Part shown: in pieces, positions 13,870 through 27,119 of the stretch | Layout: each line of letters starts with the position of its first letter | Numbering within the stretch: the stretch's first letter is position 1 | Assembly (NCBI GenBank): GCA_951406725.2 | Contig: OX597823.1 | Coordinates: 36,890,001 to 36,954,000, forward strand | Source: Octopus vulgaris | Lineage: Eukaryota | DNA length: 64,000 bases | Direction: 5' to 3' | Position numbers and translations under genes: made by a program | The notes under the pieces: model-generated | The model's database searches: none | What the model was told of the DNA's origin: nothing | The model's input: the letters and a program-made list of their open reading frames with translations, nothing else

Positions 13870-14172
13870 TATATATATATATATATATAATTAATTAATA
13901 AGGGTGAGAGAATTAGATACTAATTTAATAGTATATTTATTCCACACCAAGTGGCCTAGTGCTACGAGAAACCTGGATTATTATAATATTTTATAACATA
14001 TTATAATATTTTTACAAAATAAATATAAGAGAGTGGTCACTATATTGCTCACTCTAGCACCAGTTAATCCAAAAGGTTTCAACCACGAAAATACATGTTT
14101 CCCATGAAAGCCAGTACGACTGTTAGCTCACACGGACAGGGCAAATAAAAAATAACAAAAATACAGATTATT

Positions 14173-14248
14173 TTGGGACAATTGTTTCGCTATTAATGAA
14201 TTAAATGTAATATTACTTACAAAAATCCATTTGTAGCTCGTCAGCCAA
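14173..14248 (-). ncRNA. Type I hammerhead ribozyme (array copy 1)
   Basis: Reverse complement of the motif at 15386-15461. Confidence 0.8.
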
Positions 14249-14705
14249 GACTATCTGGATGAAATCCACTCAATCACACGCCAGATTTTACCATAACGAT
14301 AAATACGCGTGTGGTTCAATTGATTACATCCGACGTTATAATTCAAATGCCCCAACCAACAGCGCGCCAAACTCTCACGGAAAACAAATACAGCATTTAG
14401 AAATAAATGCAGCATAATTATAATTAATTAATAAGGGTGAGAGAATTAGATACTAATTTAATAGTATATTTATTCCACACCAAGTGGCCTAGTGCTACGA
14501 GAAACCTGGATTATTATAATATTTTATAACATATTATAATATTTTTACAAAATAAATATAAGAGAGTGGTCACTATATTGCTCACTCTAGCACCAGTTAA
14601 TCCAAAAGGTTTCAACCACGAAAATACATGTTTCCCATGAAAGCCAGTACGACTGTTAGCTCACACGGACAGGGCAAATAAAAAATAACAAAAATACAGA
14701 TTATT

Positions 14706-14781
14706 TTGGGACAATTGTTTCGCTATTAATGAATTAAATGTAATATTACTTACAAAAATCCATTTGTAGCTCGTCAGCCAA
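14706..14781 (-). ncRNA. Type I hammerhead ribozyme (array copy 2)
   Basis: Reverse complement of the motif at 15386-15461. Confidence 0.8.
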
Positions 14782-15385
14782 GACTATCTGGATGAAATCC
14801 ACTCAATCACACGCCAGATTTTACCATAACGATAAATACGCGTGTGGTTCAATTGATTACATCCGACGTTATAATTCAAATGCCCCAACCAACAGCGCGC
14901 CAAACTCTCACGGAAAACAAATACAGCATTTAGAAATAAATGCAGCATAATTATAATTAATTAATAAGGGTGAGAGAATTAGATACTAATTTAATAGTAT
15001 ATTTATTCCACACCAAGTGGCCTAGTGCTACGAGAAACCTGGATTATTATAATATTTTATAACATATTATAATATTTTTACAAAATAAATATAAGAGAGT
15101 GGTCACTATATTGCTCACTCTAGCACCAGTTAATCCAAAAGGTTTCAACCACGAAAATACATGTTTCCCATGTATTAATTAATTATAATTATGCTGCATT
15201 TATTAATTAATTATAATTATGCTGCATTTATTTCTAAATGCTGTATTTGTTTTCCGTGAGAGTTTGGCGCGCTGTTGGTTGGGGCATTTGAATTATAACG
15301 TCGGATGTAATCAATTGAACCACACGCGTATTTATCGTTATGGTAAAATCTGGCGTGTGATTGAGTGGATTTCATCCAGATAGTC

Positions 15386-15461
15386 TTGGCTGACGAGCTA
15401 CAAATGGATTTTTGTAAGTAATATTACATTTAATTCATTAATAGCGAAACAATTGTCCCAA
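15386..15461 (+). ncRNA. Type I hammerhead ribozyme (array copy 3)
   Basis: TTGG-CTGACGA-GCTA[41 nt]TAGC-GAAAC AATT GTC-CCAA. Stem I extends via CAGAT/ATCTG. Predicted cleavage is after 15457. Confidence 0.82.
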
Positions 15462-15918
15462 AATAATCTGTATTTTTGTTATTTTTTATTTGCCCTGTCC
15501 GTGTGAGCTAACAGTCGTACTGGCTTTCATGGGAAACATGTATTTTCGTGGTTGAAACCTTTTGGATTAACTGGTGCTAGAGTGAGCAATATAGTGACCA
15601 CTCTCTTATATTTATTTTGTAAAAATATTATAATATGTTATAAAATATTATAATAATCCAGGTTTCTCGTAGCACTAGGCCACTTGGTGTGGAATAAATA
15701 TACTATTAAATTAGTATCTAATTCTCTCACCCTTATTAATTAATTATAATTATGCTGCATTTATTTCTAAATGCTGTATTTGTTTTCCGTGAGAGTTTGG
15801 CGCGCTGTTGGTTGGGGCATTTGAATTATAACGTCGGATGTAATCAATTGAACCACACGCGTATTTATCGTTATGGTAAAATCTGGCGTGTGATTGAGTG
15901 GATTTCATCCAGATAGTC

Positions 15919-15994
15919 TTGGCTGACGAGCTACAAATGGATTTTTGTAAGTAATATTACATTTAATTCATTAATAGCGAAACAATTGTCCCAA
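15919..15994 (+). ncRNA. Type I hammerhead ribozyme (array copy 4)
   Basis: Same motif, offset +533. Confidence 0.8.
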
Positions 15995-16451
15995 AATAAT
16001 CTGTATTTTTGTTATTTTTTATTTGCCCTGTCCGTGTGAGCTAACAGTCGTACTGGCTTTCATGGGAAACATGTATTTTCGTGGTTGAAACCTTTTGGAT
16101 TAACTGGTGCTAGAGTGAGCAATATAGTGACCACTCTCTTATATTTATTTTGTAAAAATATTATAATATGTTATAAAATATTATAATAATCCAGGTTTCT
16201 CGTAGCACTAGGCCACTTGGTGTGGAATAAATATACTATTAAATTAGTATCTAATTCTCTCACCCTTATTAATTAATTATAATTATGCTGCATTTATTTC
16301 TAAATGCTGTATTTGTTTTCCGTGAGAGTTTGGCGCGCTGTTGGTTGGGGCATTTGAATTATAACGTCGGATGTAATCAATTGAACCACACGCGTATTTA
16401 TCGTTATGGTAAAATCTGGCGTGTGATTGAGTGGATTTCATCCAGATAGTC

Positions 16452-16527
16452 TTGGCTGACGAGCTACAAATGGATTTTTGTAAGTAATATTACATTTAAT
16501 TCATTAATAGCGAAACAATTGTCCCAA
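16452..16527 (+). ncRNA. Type I hammerhead ribozyme (array copy 5)
   Basis: Same motif, offset +1066. Confidence 0.8.
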
Positions 16528-16984
16528 AATAATCTGTATTTTTGTTATTTTTTATTTGCCCTGTCCGTGTGAGCTAACAGTCGTACTGGCTTTCATGGGA
16601 AACATGTATTTTCGTGGTTGAAACCTTTTGGATTAACTGGTGCTAGAGTGAGCAATATAGTGACCACTCTCTTATATTTATTTTGTAAAAATATTATAAT
16701 ATGTTATAAAATATTATAATAATCCAGGTTTCTCGTAGCACTAGGCCACTTGGTGTGGAATAAATATACTATTAAATTAGTATCTAATTCTCTCACCCTT
16801 ATTAATTAATTATAATTATGCTGCATTTATTTCTAAATGCTGTATTTGTTTTCCGTGAGAGTTTGGCGCGCTGTTGGTTGGGGCATTTGAATTATAACGT
16901 CGGATGTAATCAATTGAACCACACGCGTATTTATCGTTATGGTAAAATCTGGCGTGTGATTGAGTGGATTTCATCCAGATAGTC

Positions 16985-17060
16985 TTGGCTGACGAGCTAC
17001 AAATGGATTTTTGTAAGTAATATTACATTTAATTCATTAATAGCGAAACAATTGTCCCAA
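16985..17060 (+). ncRNA. Type I hammerhead ribozyme (array copy 6)
   Basis: Same motif, offset +1599. Confidence 0.8.
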
Positions 17061-17221
17061 AATAATCTGTATTTTTGTTATTTTTTATTTGCCCTGTCCG
17101 TGTGAGCTAACAGTCGTACTGGCTTTCATGGGAAACATGTATTTTCGTGGTTGAAACCTTTTGGATTAACTGGTGCTAGAGTGAGCAATATAGTGACCAC
17201 CTCTCTTATATTTATTTTTAT

Positions 17222-17257
<36 letters not shown>

Positions 17258-17267
17258 GTATACATAC

Positions 17268-17325
<58 letters not shown>

Positions 17326-17326
17326 G

Positions 17327-17369
<43 letters not shown>

Positions 17370-17495
17370 TTGTGTGTATCTATGTGTATTGTATGTGTAT
17401 GTATGTACATGTGTATGTATATATGTATGCGTATATATATATATATACATATATACACACACGTATATGTGTGTGTGCATACATGTATATATATG

Positions 17496-17527
<32 letters not shown>

Positions 17528-17893
17528 CATACATAGATACATACATACATACATACATACATGTATATATACGTATGCCTTCTCTGATGATGGTCTCCAG
17601 GAGAATGAATTTATTATGTTTTTTATGTTACTAATAGAATATAATGGTCTTTTTCTTTCAATCCACTTCAACACCTTCAACTGTAAAACGTTTGTGTAAG
17701 TGTGTGTATGTGTGTGCGCGTAAATGTGTGCCTGCATGTGTATGTGTTTATTGCCTGTATGTGTGTGTATGTACGCACGTATGTTTGTATGTACGTATGT
17801 ATGTATGTGTGTGTATGTATGTATGAATGTATGTATGTATGTATGTATGTATGTATGCATGTATGTATGTATGTAGCTATGTATGTATGTATA

Positions 17894-19805
17894 TCATTAT
17901 TCAGTTTATTTCAAGATTTCTTGCCAATAGAGAAAGAACCGGTTTCTAACCTAGATCCAACGTTCCTTCATTGGAATTTCAACATCAACAACAGGGTATT
18001 TCTGTATGTATGTATGTATGTATGTATGTATGTATGTATGTATGTATGTATGTCTAGATTTGTATGTTTTATGAATGTATTCTCATGCATAGATTCCCAT
18101 ATCTAGACATGCCCATATATTTAAATGATAAATTTCTGGAAGTTTTACAGATTTTTACAGTTCCAGTGATAGATTGGATCTGTAGTCTTCGAATTAGCTT
18201 TCTCCTTTCTGGTTTTGAGAAGACTAATTTCTCAAGATTGGTATTTAGGCAGTATGTTACATATCCCAGGGCCCCAATAATTAAAGGTATAAATCTGAAC
18301 TTGTAATCTGGGTAGAGTAACTGTAGATTTCTAAATAGTTCAGCTTAGGTGTTCTCTTTTTCAGTGATCTTCAACTTTATGTTAACATCCGCTGGGCAGC
18401 TAATTTCCACAACTCTATCCCAAATCATTATATCAGGTCTGGTGTGCTTACATTTTATTGAGGTCTTCACTGCCACCTTCCACCAGTATTCCTTTTCCTT
18501 ATGAGTTACTATAGCTTCTACCATATTGTGGGGTTTTATTTCTTAGTCCTCGTTATTATCTTTCCCACGGATTTCATTATAAAGTGTCCTAGCTACAACG
18601 TTATGTTTCATCGGTAGATAATACTGTGATGAGAACATCGGACAACTGCTTATGATGTGGGTGATATATTCAGTGTGAGCTCAAAAAAGTCTGCATCGGT
18701 TGTCACATTTTACGGCTTTTCCCGCATCTCTATCCCTTTTGCGCATCAGGTACTTGGTTGATATTTCCTGTTCCTGGATTGCTAACACATATCCTTCAAA
18801 GTGGGAGGTAATAATCCGGCTATTCGTCCATAATAAACTGTTTTGATGATCGATGTTACTATCATCACAGAGCTTTCTACCAACATATCTATGCATAGTC
18901 TTCTGCTCATATAGGCTCATCCTTTCATCTGATGATATGTTGCTGTAGTGTTGTGCGAGTTCTTTGGGCATATATTCTAGGTTATCAGACAAAGAATGTT
19001 GCTCAAGGAGCGACCTTCCAAATCTTATGATGTTATCAGCTTCATGTATGCAAACTTGGCAAAAGGATGCACTTCGACGCTTGGTGGTAAAATGGTAAAA
19101 AGTTGTTGACGAAGGGATATGATGCAACATTCAAAGACATTTTGGATCGATGTTAAGCTTCTGCCGCATTGTTTAAGTTTTAGGTAGAGGGGGGTCTATA
19201 TCACTGTTTATGTGGAAATTATGTAGGCTTGTTAGTATTTTTCGGATTTTCACATCAATGGCTCGGATCGCATCAAGCGTCCAATCAAGTAGCCCAAATG
19301 TTGGTATGAGTACTGGCACTGCAAACACATTGTGCGCCAGTTTTATTGAATGCAGAGAGTTCTGAAGTCCAAATTTTCTTTATTCGGTTGTAATATTATT
19401 TAGTGACACGTGTTTTGTTACAGGTGTCACTGTAAGATATATTTTCATCCACCCCTACATATCAGTAACTTTCCTCATCAGATACAGGGGAAACAGTCAA
19501 ATCATTGACGGAGATGCTACTAGTTTGGTTTATAAGTTTTTCCCTTTTTTCATAACCATATAACAACATTTATCCTGACCAAACTCCAACCCTTACATCC
19601 TTTGAGAATGTTGTAGGAAGGTCAAAGCTCTTTTTTCATATCATGCATATTCTTTGCATAAAGTTTTAAGTCATCCACAAAGAAACAGTTTGTAATTTTG
19701 GTATTCCTGTTTCGTTGTGAACCAGTGAGATACCCTTCAGACTTCTTTAACATGAATGACAAGGGGTTTACAGAAAGTATAAACATCACAGAGAGGCTGT
19801 CACGC
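17894..19805 (-). mobile_element. R4/Dong-like RLE LINE, 5'-truncated and decayed
   Basis: Peptides ITNCFFVDDLKLYAKN (RT), HFEGYVLAIQEQEISTKYL...CDNRCRL (zinc knuckle) and KHTRPDIMIWD (RLE). Confidence 0.85.
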
Positions 19806-19836
<31 letters not shown>

Positions 19837-21354
19837 TGTATGTATGTATGTATGTATGTATGTATGCATGTATGCATGTATGCATGTATGTATGTATGTA
19901 TGCGTGTGTATGTGTATGTATGTATGTATGTATGTACGTATGTGTATGTACGCGTGTGTGAATGTAAACGTGTGTATGTGTGTGGGTATATATGTATGCA
20001 ACTTAGCGATAACAGTTAAGCAGTACTTCTCTTTTGTTCAGCCATAGAATTTCCTTAATTCAACATTTCTGAGATCAAAGCCGTTCTGTCCATCACACGT
20101 CTTTTTTTTCAAACAGTACATATGCAAGACTACGTTAACCAGTATGCGTCTGCCTTTTAAGACACTAGAATGTGAGCTGAGAGAGATGTAGCTCCCACAC
20201 AGTTTCTGCCGACCTGGTTTCACTGACAAGGAGTGAATTGAAGTGAGACTATTATTGAAGGCACCTGGTTGTTGGACTTTCAATCGTAAGGGGGAGGGTT
20301 TGGTTTCTTTTGTGCGAAACATACATGTTATGTAACTCCAATCTACTCAGCTAAAATGAGTTACATCTGCTGCTGAGTGGTAACTCACAGACTTTTCGTC
20401 AAAGATCTTGAAAATGTAAGATGTCAAAAGCCCCTGGACACTGGACGATGGATACTGACGCTGATGATGGCGACGACGACGTGAAGGAGAAGGAAGTGGA
20501 AAAATGCTCAGGAAGAAGCCACTAACCTAAAGTGCCGACTATTGCGACTACTGTGATAGTTATGAATTTTTCACTAGACTGTCTGCTTTTTAGAATGAGT
20601 TGATGATACTATTTTAACGATGTCCGAGTGGTTGAGTCCCTTTTTCAATACCTCTTATAATTGTTATGATGAAACTAATCATTCCAAGATTTCTGGAATT
20701 GTGATTTTTATCTATTAATAGTTCAAATGTCTGATGAAATGGCAGATGATTTCTGATTGTGTAATGCATCAATTATGAATATATTACTATGCTACAGAAA
20801 CATATGTAGCATATATCGAATTGTTATCCTCTATTCATCATGTTTTATTATACATTCATATATACATTTATATGCATATGTATATGTATATATATGTATG
20901 TATTATGTATGTATATGTATGTATATATGTATGCATATAAGATTTTTGCTTCATGAACAACAACAAGAAAAATTTATGTTGCAAAATATAATTATTAAAT
21001 GATGTCTTCAGCTTAGTAACTTGGAGTTTTCATATTTTACAGATTGAAAGATGAAACGAAGATATGTATCTTCATTGTCTGAAGAAACGTGTATGGTGCA
21101 AAACATTCCAGACATCCACCCAACTATACACATATACATACACATAATTTGGGCCATTACTAGCACTCAAATCATACCATGCAATTATTTAAGACATCAA
21201 ACCCATATAAATAAAGTCAGGTACATGTAGTAGGTGTGTTCTCTCTTTCCAGATGTCTTTCATAAAAATTTTAAAATTATAATTAAATTAGATTTGTGAT
21301 TAGCATTCATTTGCATGACCTGCATTTATGTAGAAAACGTCACTGATATGTATG

Positions 21355-21388
<34 letters not shown>

Positions 21389-23039
21389 TGTATGTATGTA
21401 TGTATGTATGTATGTATGTATGTATGTGTGTATATATATATATATATATGTAGGTAGGTATGTATATATATGTGTATGTGTATTCATACATATGTATATT
21501 ATATTGTATTTGTATATATGTATGTGTATATGTATGCATAAATGTATGTATGCACTCAAATGTATGTATATGCATATTTATTCAACCATTCGCATATTAA
21601 TATAATTATGGTGGAAAAAGCTAGTGAATCTGTTTACAAAACTGCATGCAAACAGCAACGTATTGCTGTCTTGTTGCAGCATTTATAGAAAACAGCTGCA
21701 AAAATCGCATCTGAATAAACAACGAAGTCCATCCAATGTATTGAAGGGAACAGAGACAGGCAGTTGTAACATTGATTCACAAAACAGATCATATGTCTTA
21801 GATTCACCTCATTCTGGTTAGATGTTTGTGTTGAAGCTAACATGATCTAACATAAGCACGAGTCGTTGAATGAGAACTTCTATATGGTCGCTTGACCAGC
21901 TAGATATAGCAACCTAATCTCACGAAAATTTAAACATTTAAACAAAATGTAGTCCAGGGCATAACTCTAATTGGGCAAGATAACCCCTATCCAGACTACT
22001 TTTGATCATAAATCCGGGGTTTATAATCATCATCATCATCATTCGCATTAGCAATAACAAGAATAATAGGAATAGCAATAACAGCAACATTAAGAACAGC
22101 AATAACAATAACAGTAAGTTCTAGCCAGTCACTCGACTGGCTAGAACTAACAACACCACTACAAATACTCGCACCACAGCTATCGCCACAGTCACTATCC
22201 TTTCCATCTCATCACCTTGAACAACATCACAACCACCACCACCACCACCACCACCGCCGCCGCTGCCACCACTGCCGTGACCGCCGCTACCACTACAAAT
22301 TCTGTAGCAGCGTTACACGTCTCATGTTCCAAAAGAAATTGTATTTTAACAGGTTTTGTGCAGTTGTTTTACTATTTGACACAGCTGTCGTTTTACTATT
22401 TGACATCAACCAGTTTTCTGTCACTATACTCATACCTCCTCAGTAATAAATACACTCACTAATAACATCTCCATTCAATCCAACATTTTGTTAATCTCAC
22501 ACTTCAACAATCCCAACTAAACATTAGCTGCGTTAACCTTGCCCAACGAAATGCATCTTTTCAATGCAAAGGCCTTTTGACGTCGTATGCTCAGTCCTTC
22601 TTCTCTGGTAGTGATACATTTCTGTAGAATTCCCTCGTCTTCTTCATACCAACACGTTGCTAGGTCTTACCGCACCAATGTCATCAAATTCCTACCTCCT
22701 CTCCATTTCTCGACAGTTCTCATTAGTGCGTGTGTGTTGAGGAATTAGACGTTACTTTCTACAACAGCACCATTCAACAGATTCCTCTGCTCATTCATAA
22801 TTTTACTCTGAAATGAATTAATAAATAGATAAATAAAAATTCGTCACAAAAGAATATTTTCTGGATAAATTTTTGGAAGCCAAACAAGAGGAACATGGAT
22901 GGAATAGAAAGAAAAAAATTAATACTAAGAAGAATGGATGTTCTGATATCGACTGGTTCTTGTAAAATCAATCAGGGATGATCAAAACGACTGATGATTT
23001 GTTACAATAGCAATCTCTTGTATGAACAATTGTCCCTTA

Positions 23040-23266
23040 ACTCTCTTTACTCTCTTTTACTCATTTACTTGTTTCAGTCATTTGACTGCGGCCATGCTGG
23101 AGCACCGCCTTTAGTCGAGCAAATCGACCCCGGGACTTATTCTTTGTAAGCCCAGTACTTATTCTATCGGTCTCTTTTGTCGAACCGCTAAGTGACGGGG
23201 ACGTAAACACACCAGCATCGGTTGTCAAGCAATGCTAGGAGGACAAACACAGACACACAAACATGT

Positions 23267-23307
<41 letters not shown>

Positions 23308-23460
23308 CGACAGGCTTCTTTCAGTTTCCGTCTACCAAATCCACTCACAAGGCATTGGTCGGCCCGGGGCTATAGCAGAAGACACTTGCCCAAGATGCCA
23401 CGCAGTGGGACTGAGCCCGGAACCATGTGGTTGGTAAGCAAGCTACTTACCACACAGCCA
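23040..23460 (-). mobile_element. tRNA-derived SINE (same family as 4547)
   Basis: Reverse complement of the 4547 and 40396 copies. Confidence 0.92.
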
Positions 23461-24480
23461 CGTTGTCAATGAATTTATAGAGAGGACTCTGCTGAGTTTT
23501 GAACCATTGTGCTCAGGATTTCCCGATCTACCATACCTCTATAAAAGGTAATAGACATATTGCAAAATTGTGTCGCTATAAAAGGCATTAACGTTTACGC
23601 GAATACGGTTCGACCAATCAGATTTGGTTAACTTGTTACAATCGACACAGTGAACTTCAAAGAAAGTGTTCGAGTTTGCCCCCAAATGGTTAGATCGAAA
23701 GTTCAAGAAACTTTTGCCTGTTGTTATAAAAAGTCAGTCAACGCCCAAACCTGAGCCATCCACACAACATAGTATTTATTCATTTTTAATACACTTTTGG
23801 CAGATTAGAACGTGAATATTTGATAGCTGGTGTTTTTAATCATCAGAGTACGTCTCTTTCATTTAGACGATGTGTGTTCATAACACAAGCGAGTCAAATA
23901 GGTATTAGCGCGGTCATTCTCATCTTTACAAGTAGCCGACCTAATTTTGTGCACAACCAGTGACAAATTAATAATTAAAGATCTACTAAAAAGTTCATAT
24001 TAACAAGGTTCTTGGTTTCTGAATTAAGTATTAATAGGGTTCGTGGTGTCTTTATCCGGTGGTTTTTTTCTTCATACAAATTGCAACAGACACCGTAGGA
24101 GAGTTATGGTTCATTCCTATTTACGATAACAAGACAGAATAGTTAGGAAGAATATTGGGAAGATGGGTAATAATCATTGCAGTGTAACTTTCTGGGTCTT
24201 TGGGGGAAAATTAGGAGTACTTGTGACGAAAGAGCTTTGACAAAGAAACAATAATAACGATAATAAAAACTGAAGTAAAGACCAAACATGTAGTGTGTTT
24301 AATTGGCAAAATATGACCATCCCCAAATATAACAATATGAGTACTTGTGTCTAGGGAAAATGAATCGTTCCTTTTAGAACATTGAAACTCACTCCTTGTG
24401 AGTAGATTTGATGGGCGGAAACTGAAAGAATATTGCATGCGTGTATTATAGATGTATACAATCAAAAGTACTGTTAAAAT

Positions 24481-24548
<68 letters not shown>

Positions 24549-24661
24549 GCGCGCGCACACACACACACACACATAAACACACATGTAGTAAGGTAACTGC
24601 TTGGATTCCAAATCCCTATTCCTTTTCGTTATGTATGTATGTATGTATGTATGTATCTATG

Positions 24662-24695
<34 letters not shown>

Positions 24696-24910
24696 GTTGA
24701 AAATATGAGTAGAGGTGGCTTTATGGGGGATAATTTTTATTTCAATAATAGTGTTTACAGTGAGTGACTCTGGTATGAGTTTCAAGCTTCAAATAGCTGT
24801 TTTCAAACTGAAAACTGTATGTTTTACTGATTGCTTCAATAGCAAAAGATTTTTTTCTTACAAGTATACACACAAAAGGGGAAAATATATAAAACAAAAG
24901 CATGTGTGTA

Positions 24911-24911
<1 letters not shown>

Positions 24912-24941
<30 letters not shown>

Positions 24942-25005
24942 AAGAAGAAGAAGAAGAAGAAGAAGAAGAAAAAGATGAAGAAGAAGAAGAAAGAAAGCGA
25001 AGAAG
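24912..25005. repeat. (GAA)n microsatellite
   Basis: Direct reading of the sequence. Confidence 0.95.
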
Positions 25006-25559
25006 GGAAAAATAAGCAAATGAAATAAAGATAAAAATAAATATAAAAATAAAAAGATAAGAAAGATAAGACTAATAGTAATTGAGAACAACAGCGGAGA
25101 GGAGAGTTAAGTCCATCAAGAATAAAGAAATGAAATATATATATATATATATATATATATATGGGAGTATTGTAGTTCGCTTGAAGCATTGTGTATTGTT
25201 TGTAAAAAATAAAATGTTTTGAATGGTGCAACAATGCACTATAATACAGAATGGGCTATACACCTATTGTAATTTAGTCACCATAGTCTGATATGATATT
25301 TCGGAATAAAATTCCTTCTTCATTGTTGTACCATTCAAAACTTTTTATCCTTTATATGTATATATATATATAATGGAGCGTATATATATATATATATATA
25401 TATAATGGAGCGTATATTAAAGAGGGAATAAGGTCTATATATGCATATAATAGCGATGATCTGAATGGGATGAATAAAGTCAATACAAGCAATAATATAA
25501 ATACTTATAGTAATAGCGTAAATAGGAATCTATCGAGAGGTTCGGAAGATAATAGAGAG

Positions 25560-26250
25560 GCTGATTGAGTCTATTTTAATAAAAATCGGAATACTAAGAA
25601 TAATGATGTTGTCTGGTATAATCTTCCTTTCAATTGTGCAATAGCTACTAATATATATAGAAAATTTTTGGCGATATCGGAGAAAAATTTCCCAGCTTCA
25701 CATAAATATAGCATACTTTTCTCCCGTAAGAAAATCGAAGTCTCATATACCACTCTTCCGAATCTGGGTACAATAATAACTCGCCTGAACAGGAAAAATA
25801 TAACAATATCCCGTAAGATTGATAATTATAATAGTAATTGTAGATTAAATCCCAATAACGACTCTAATAATCTTGATGATTTAAATATCAATAGTGCTAA
25901 TGATAACACAGCTAAACCCGCTTCAGCCTGTAATAATGCAGACCTGATAGGTAATATTATTGGAGCCAATGGACCAAATGCAACAGTCACACGGTGATTA
26001 CATAACCGCTAGCGATACAATCTAAGACTTGAGGGTAAATATAAATATAAAAAAATAATTATAACACCCAGAGTAGTGAAGACGTAATCCGTGATCATAA
26101 TTCTATGAATTTTAACTGTACCCTGAATTATGACTATAATTATTAATAGTATGATAAAAAAAAACTACAATATTATGGGAATCTGAAATTGCAGGGGAAA
26201 ATCCCATTGTCCGTTATTACTCCCTTCTCCTCGAATTAGCACTACTTCAT
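25560..26250 (+). mobile_element. Degenerate Penelope-like fragment
   Basis: ISEKNFPASHKYSILFSRKKIEVSYTTLPNLGTII resembles the PLE RT-endonuclease linker (FPxxHxLxxIFNRxxVKVSYSCMPN). Confidence 0.55.
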
Positions 26251-27119
26251 TAATTTATTATTAATTTTTAATTTGATACTTGTTTTTTCTCTTCCTAATT
26301 TTATCTCCCCTCCTTTATAATTTATGATTTGTTGAATCATTGTAACCCATCGTGAATTTCGACAATTTTTTGACACTCTTTAAATACGATATCTTAAAAA
26401 TTCTTTTTAACATATCGACATCCACATTGCTAGTTACCTTTAGTAATATTTATATATTCAACTAGATCTAGTATTTCTTCAGTGAATCATACTTATGGCA
26501 CTTTCTCGTGATTTGACCTAATATAACCTTTGAGGTGAAATGCTTATTCTATGACTTAAACAAGGAAATAATTATTTATAATTTAAAATGGTATAACCCA
26601 GAAAATGTACACCCTATTAATTATTACAATATGTATCTACCCATTTCCTAAATCAATTCCTTTCATATATGCTTGATATAAAATACGTTTTTATCTTTAC
26701 TACTAGTGGTTTTTTTATATTTCGCACCTCCCCTATGTACAAAATATACCCTCTAAGATCTGTTACTATTCATTTATCTTTATGTATTTTTATTGTATAC
26801 TTTACAAACATGTGTAAAACCTTTTTTCACTTTTAGCTTTATTTATATTAAATTCTGGTATATTTATTTTTATCTCTATCTCTTTATTTATAATGTTATA
26901 ATTTTTTCTCTACATATACAGCATTATAATTTTTATATATTTTTTATATTATTTAAAAAAAAATTGTTTTCTATAGTTTTCATATATTTTTATTTTTTAT
27001 TTTTTATTTTTATAGTTTTTATACTTTTATATACTTTACAATTTTTTATATATTCTTTTATGTATTATTTATATATCCTTTATATATTTCTTTAAAGATT
27101 ATATATTTTTACCGTTTAT

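Larger units (their letters stand above)
13889..17220. repeat. 533-bp tandem array in head-to-head inverted arrangement (candidate non-LTR retrozyme multimer)
   Basis: Period of 533 measured at 13902/14435/14968 and at 15201/15734/16267/16800. Left arm is ~2.4 units (13889-15172) and right arm ~3.8 inverted units (15201-17220). A 28-bp duplication lies at the junction. Confidence 0.95.

Noticed and set aside
13889-17220. CRISPR-like or protein-coding interpretation of the array
   Set aside because: Units are identical with no unique spacers, and no ORF lies within the unit.
17583-17695. CTGATGA followed by AAAACGTTTGT
   Set aside because: No GAAA core and no supporting helices.
20330-21830. 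Possible host-gene exons in non-repetitive patches
   Set aside because: No recognisable protein similarity or consistent exon chain. RNA-seq would be needed.
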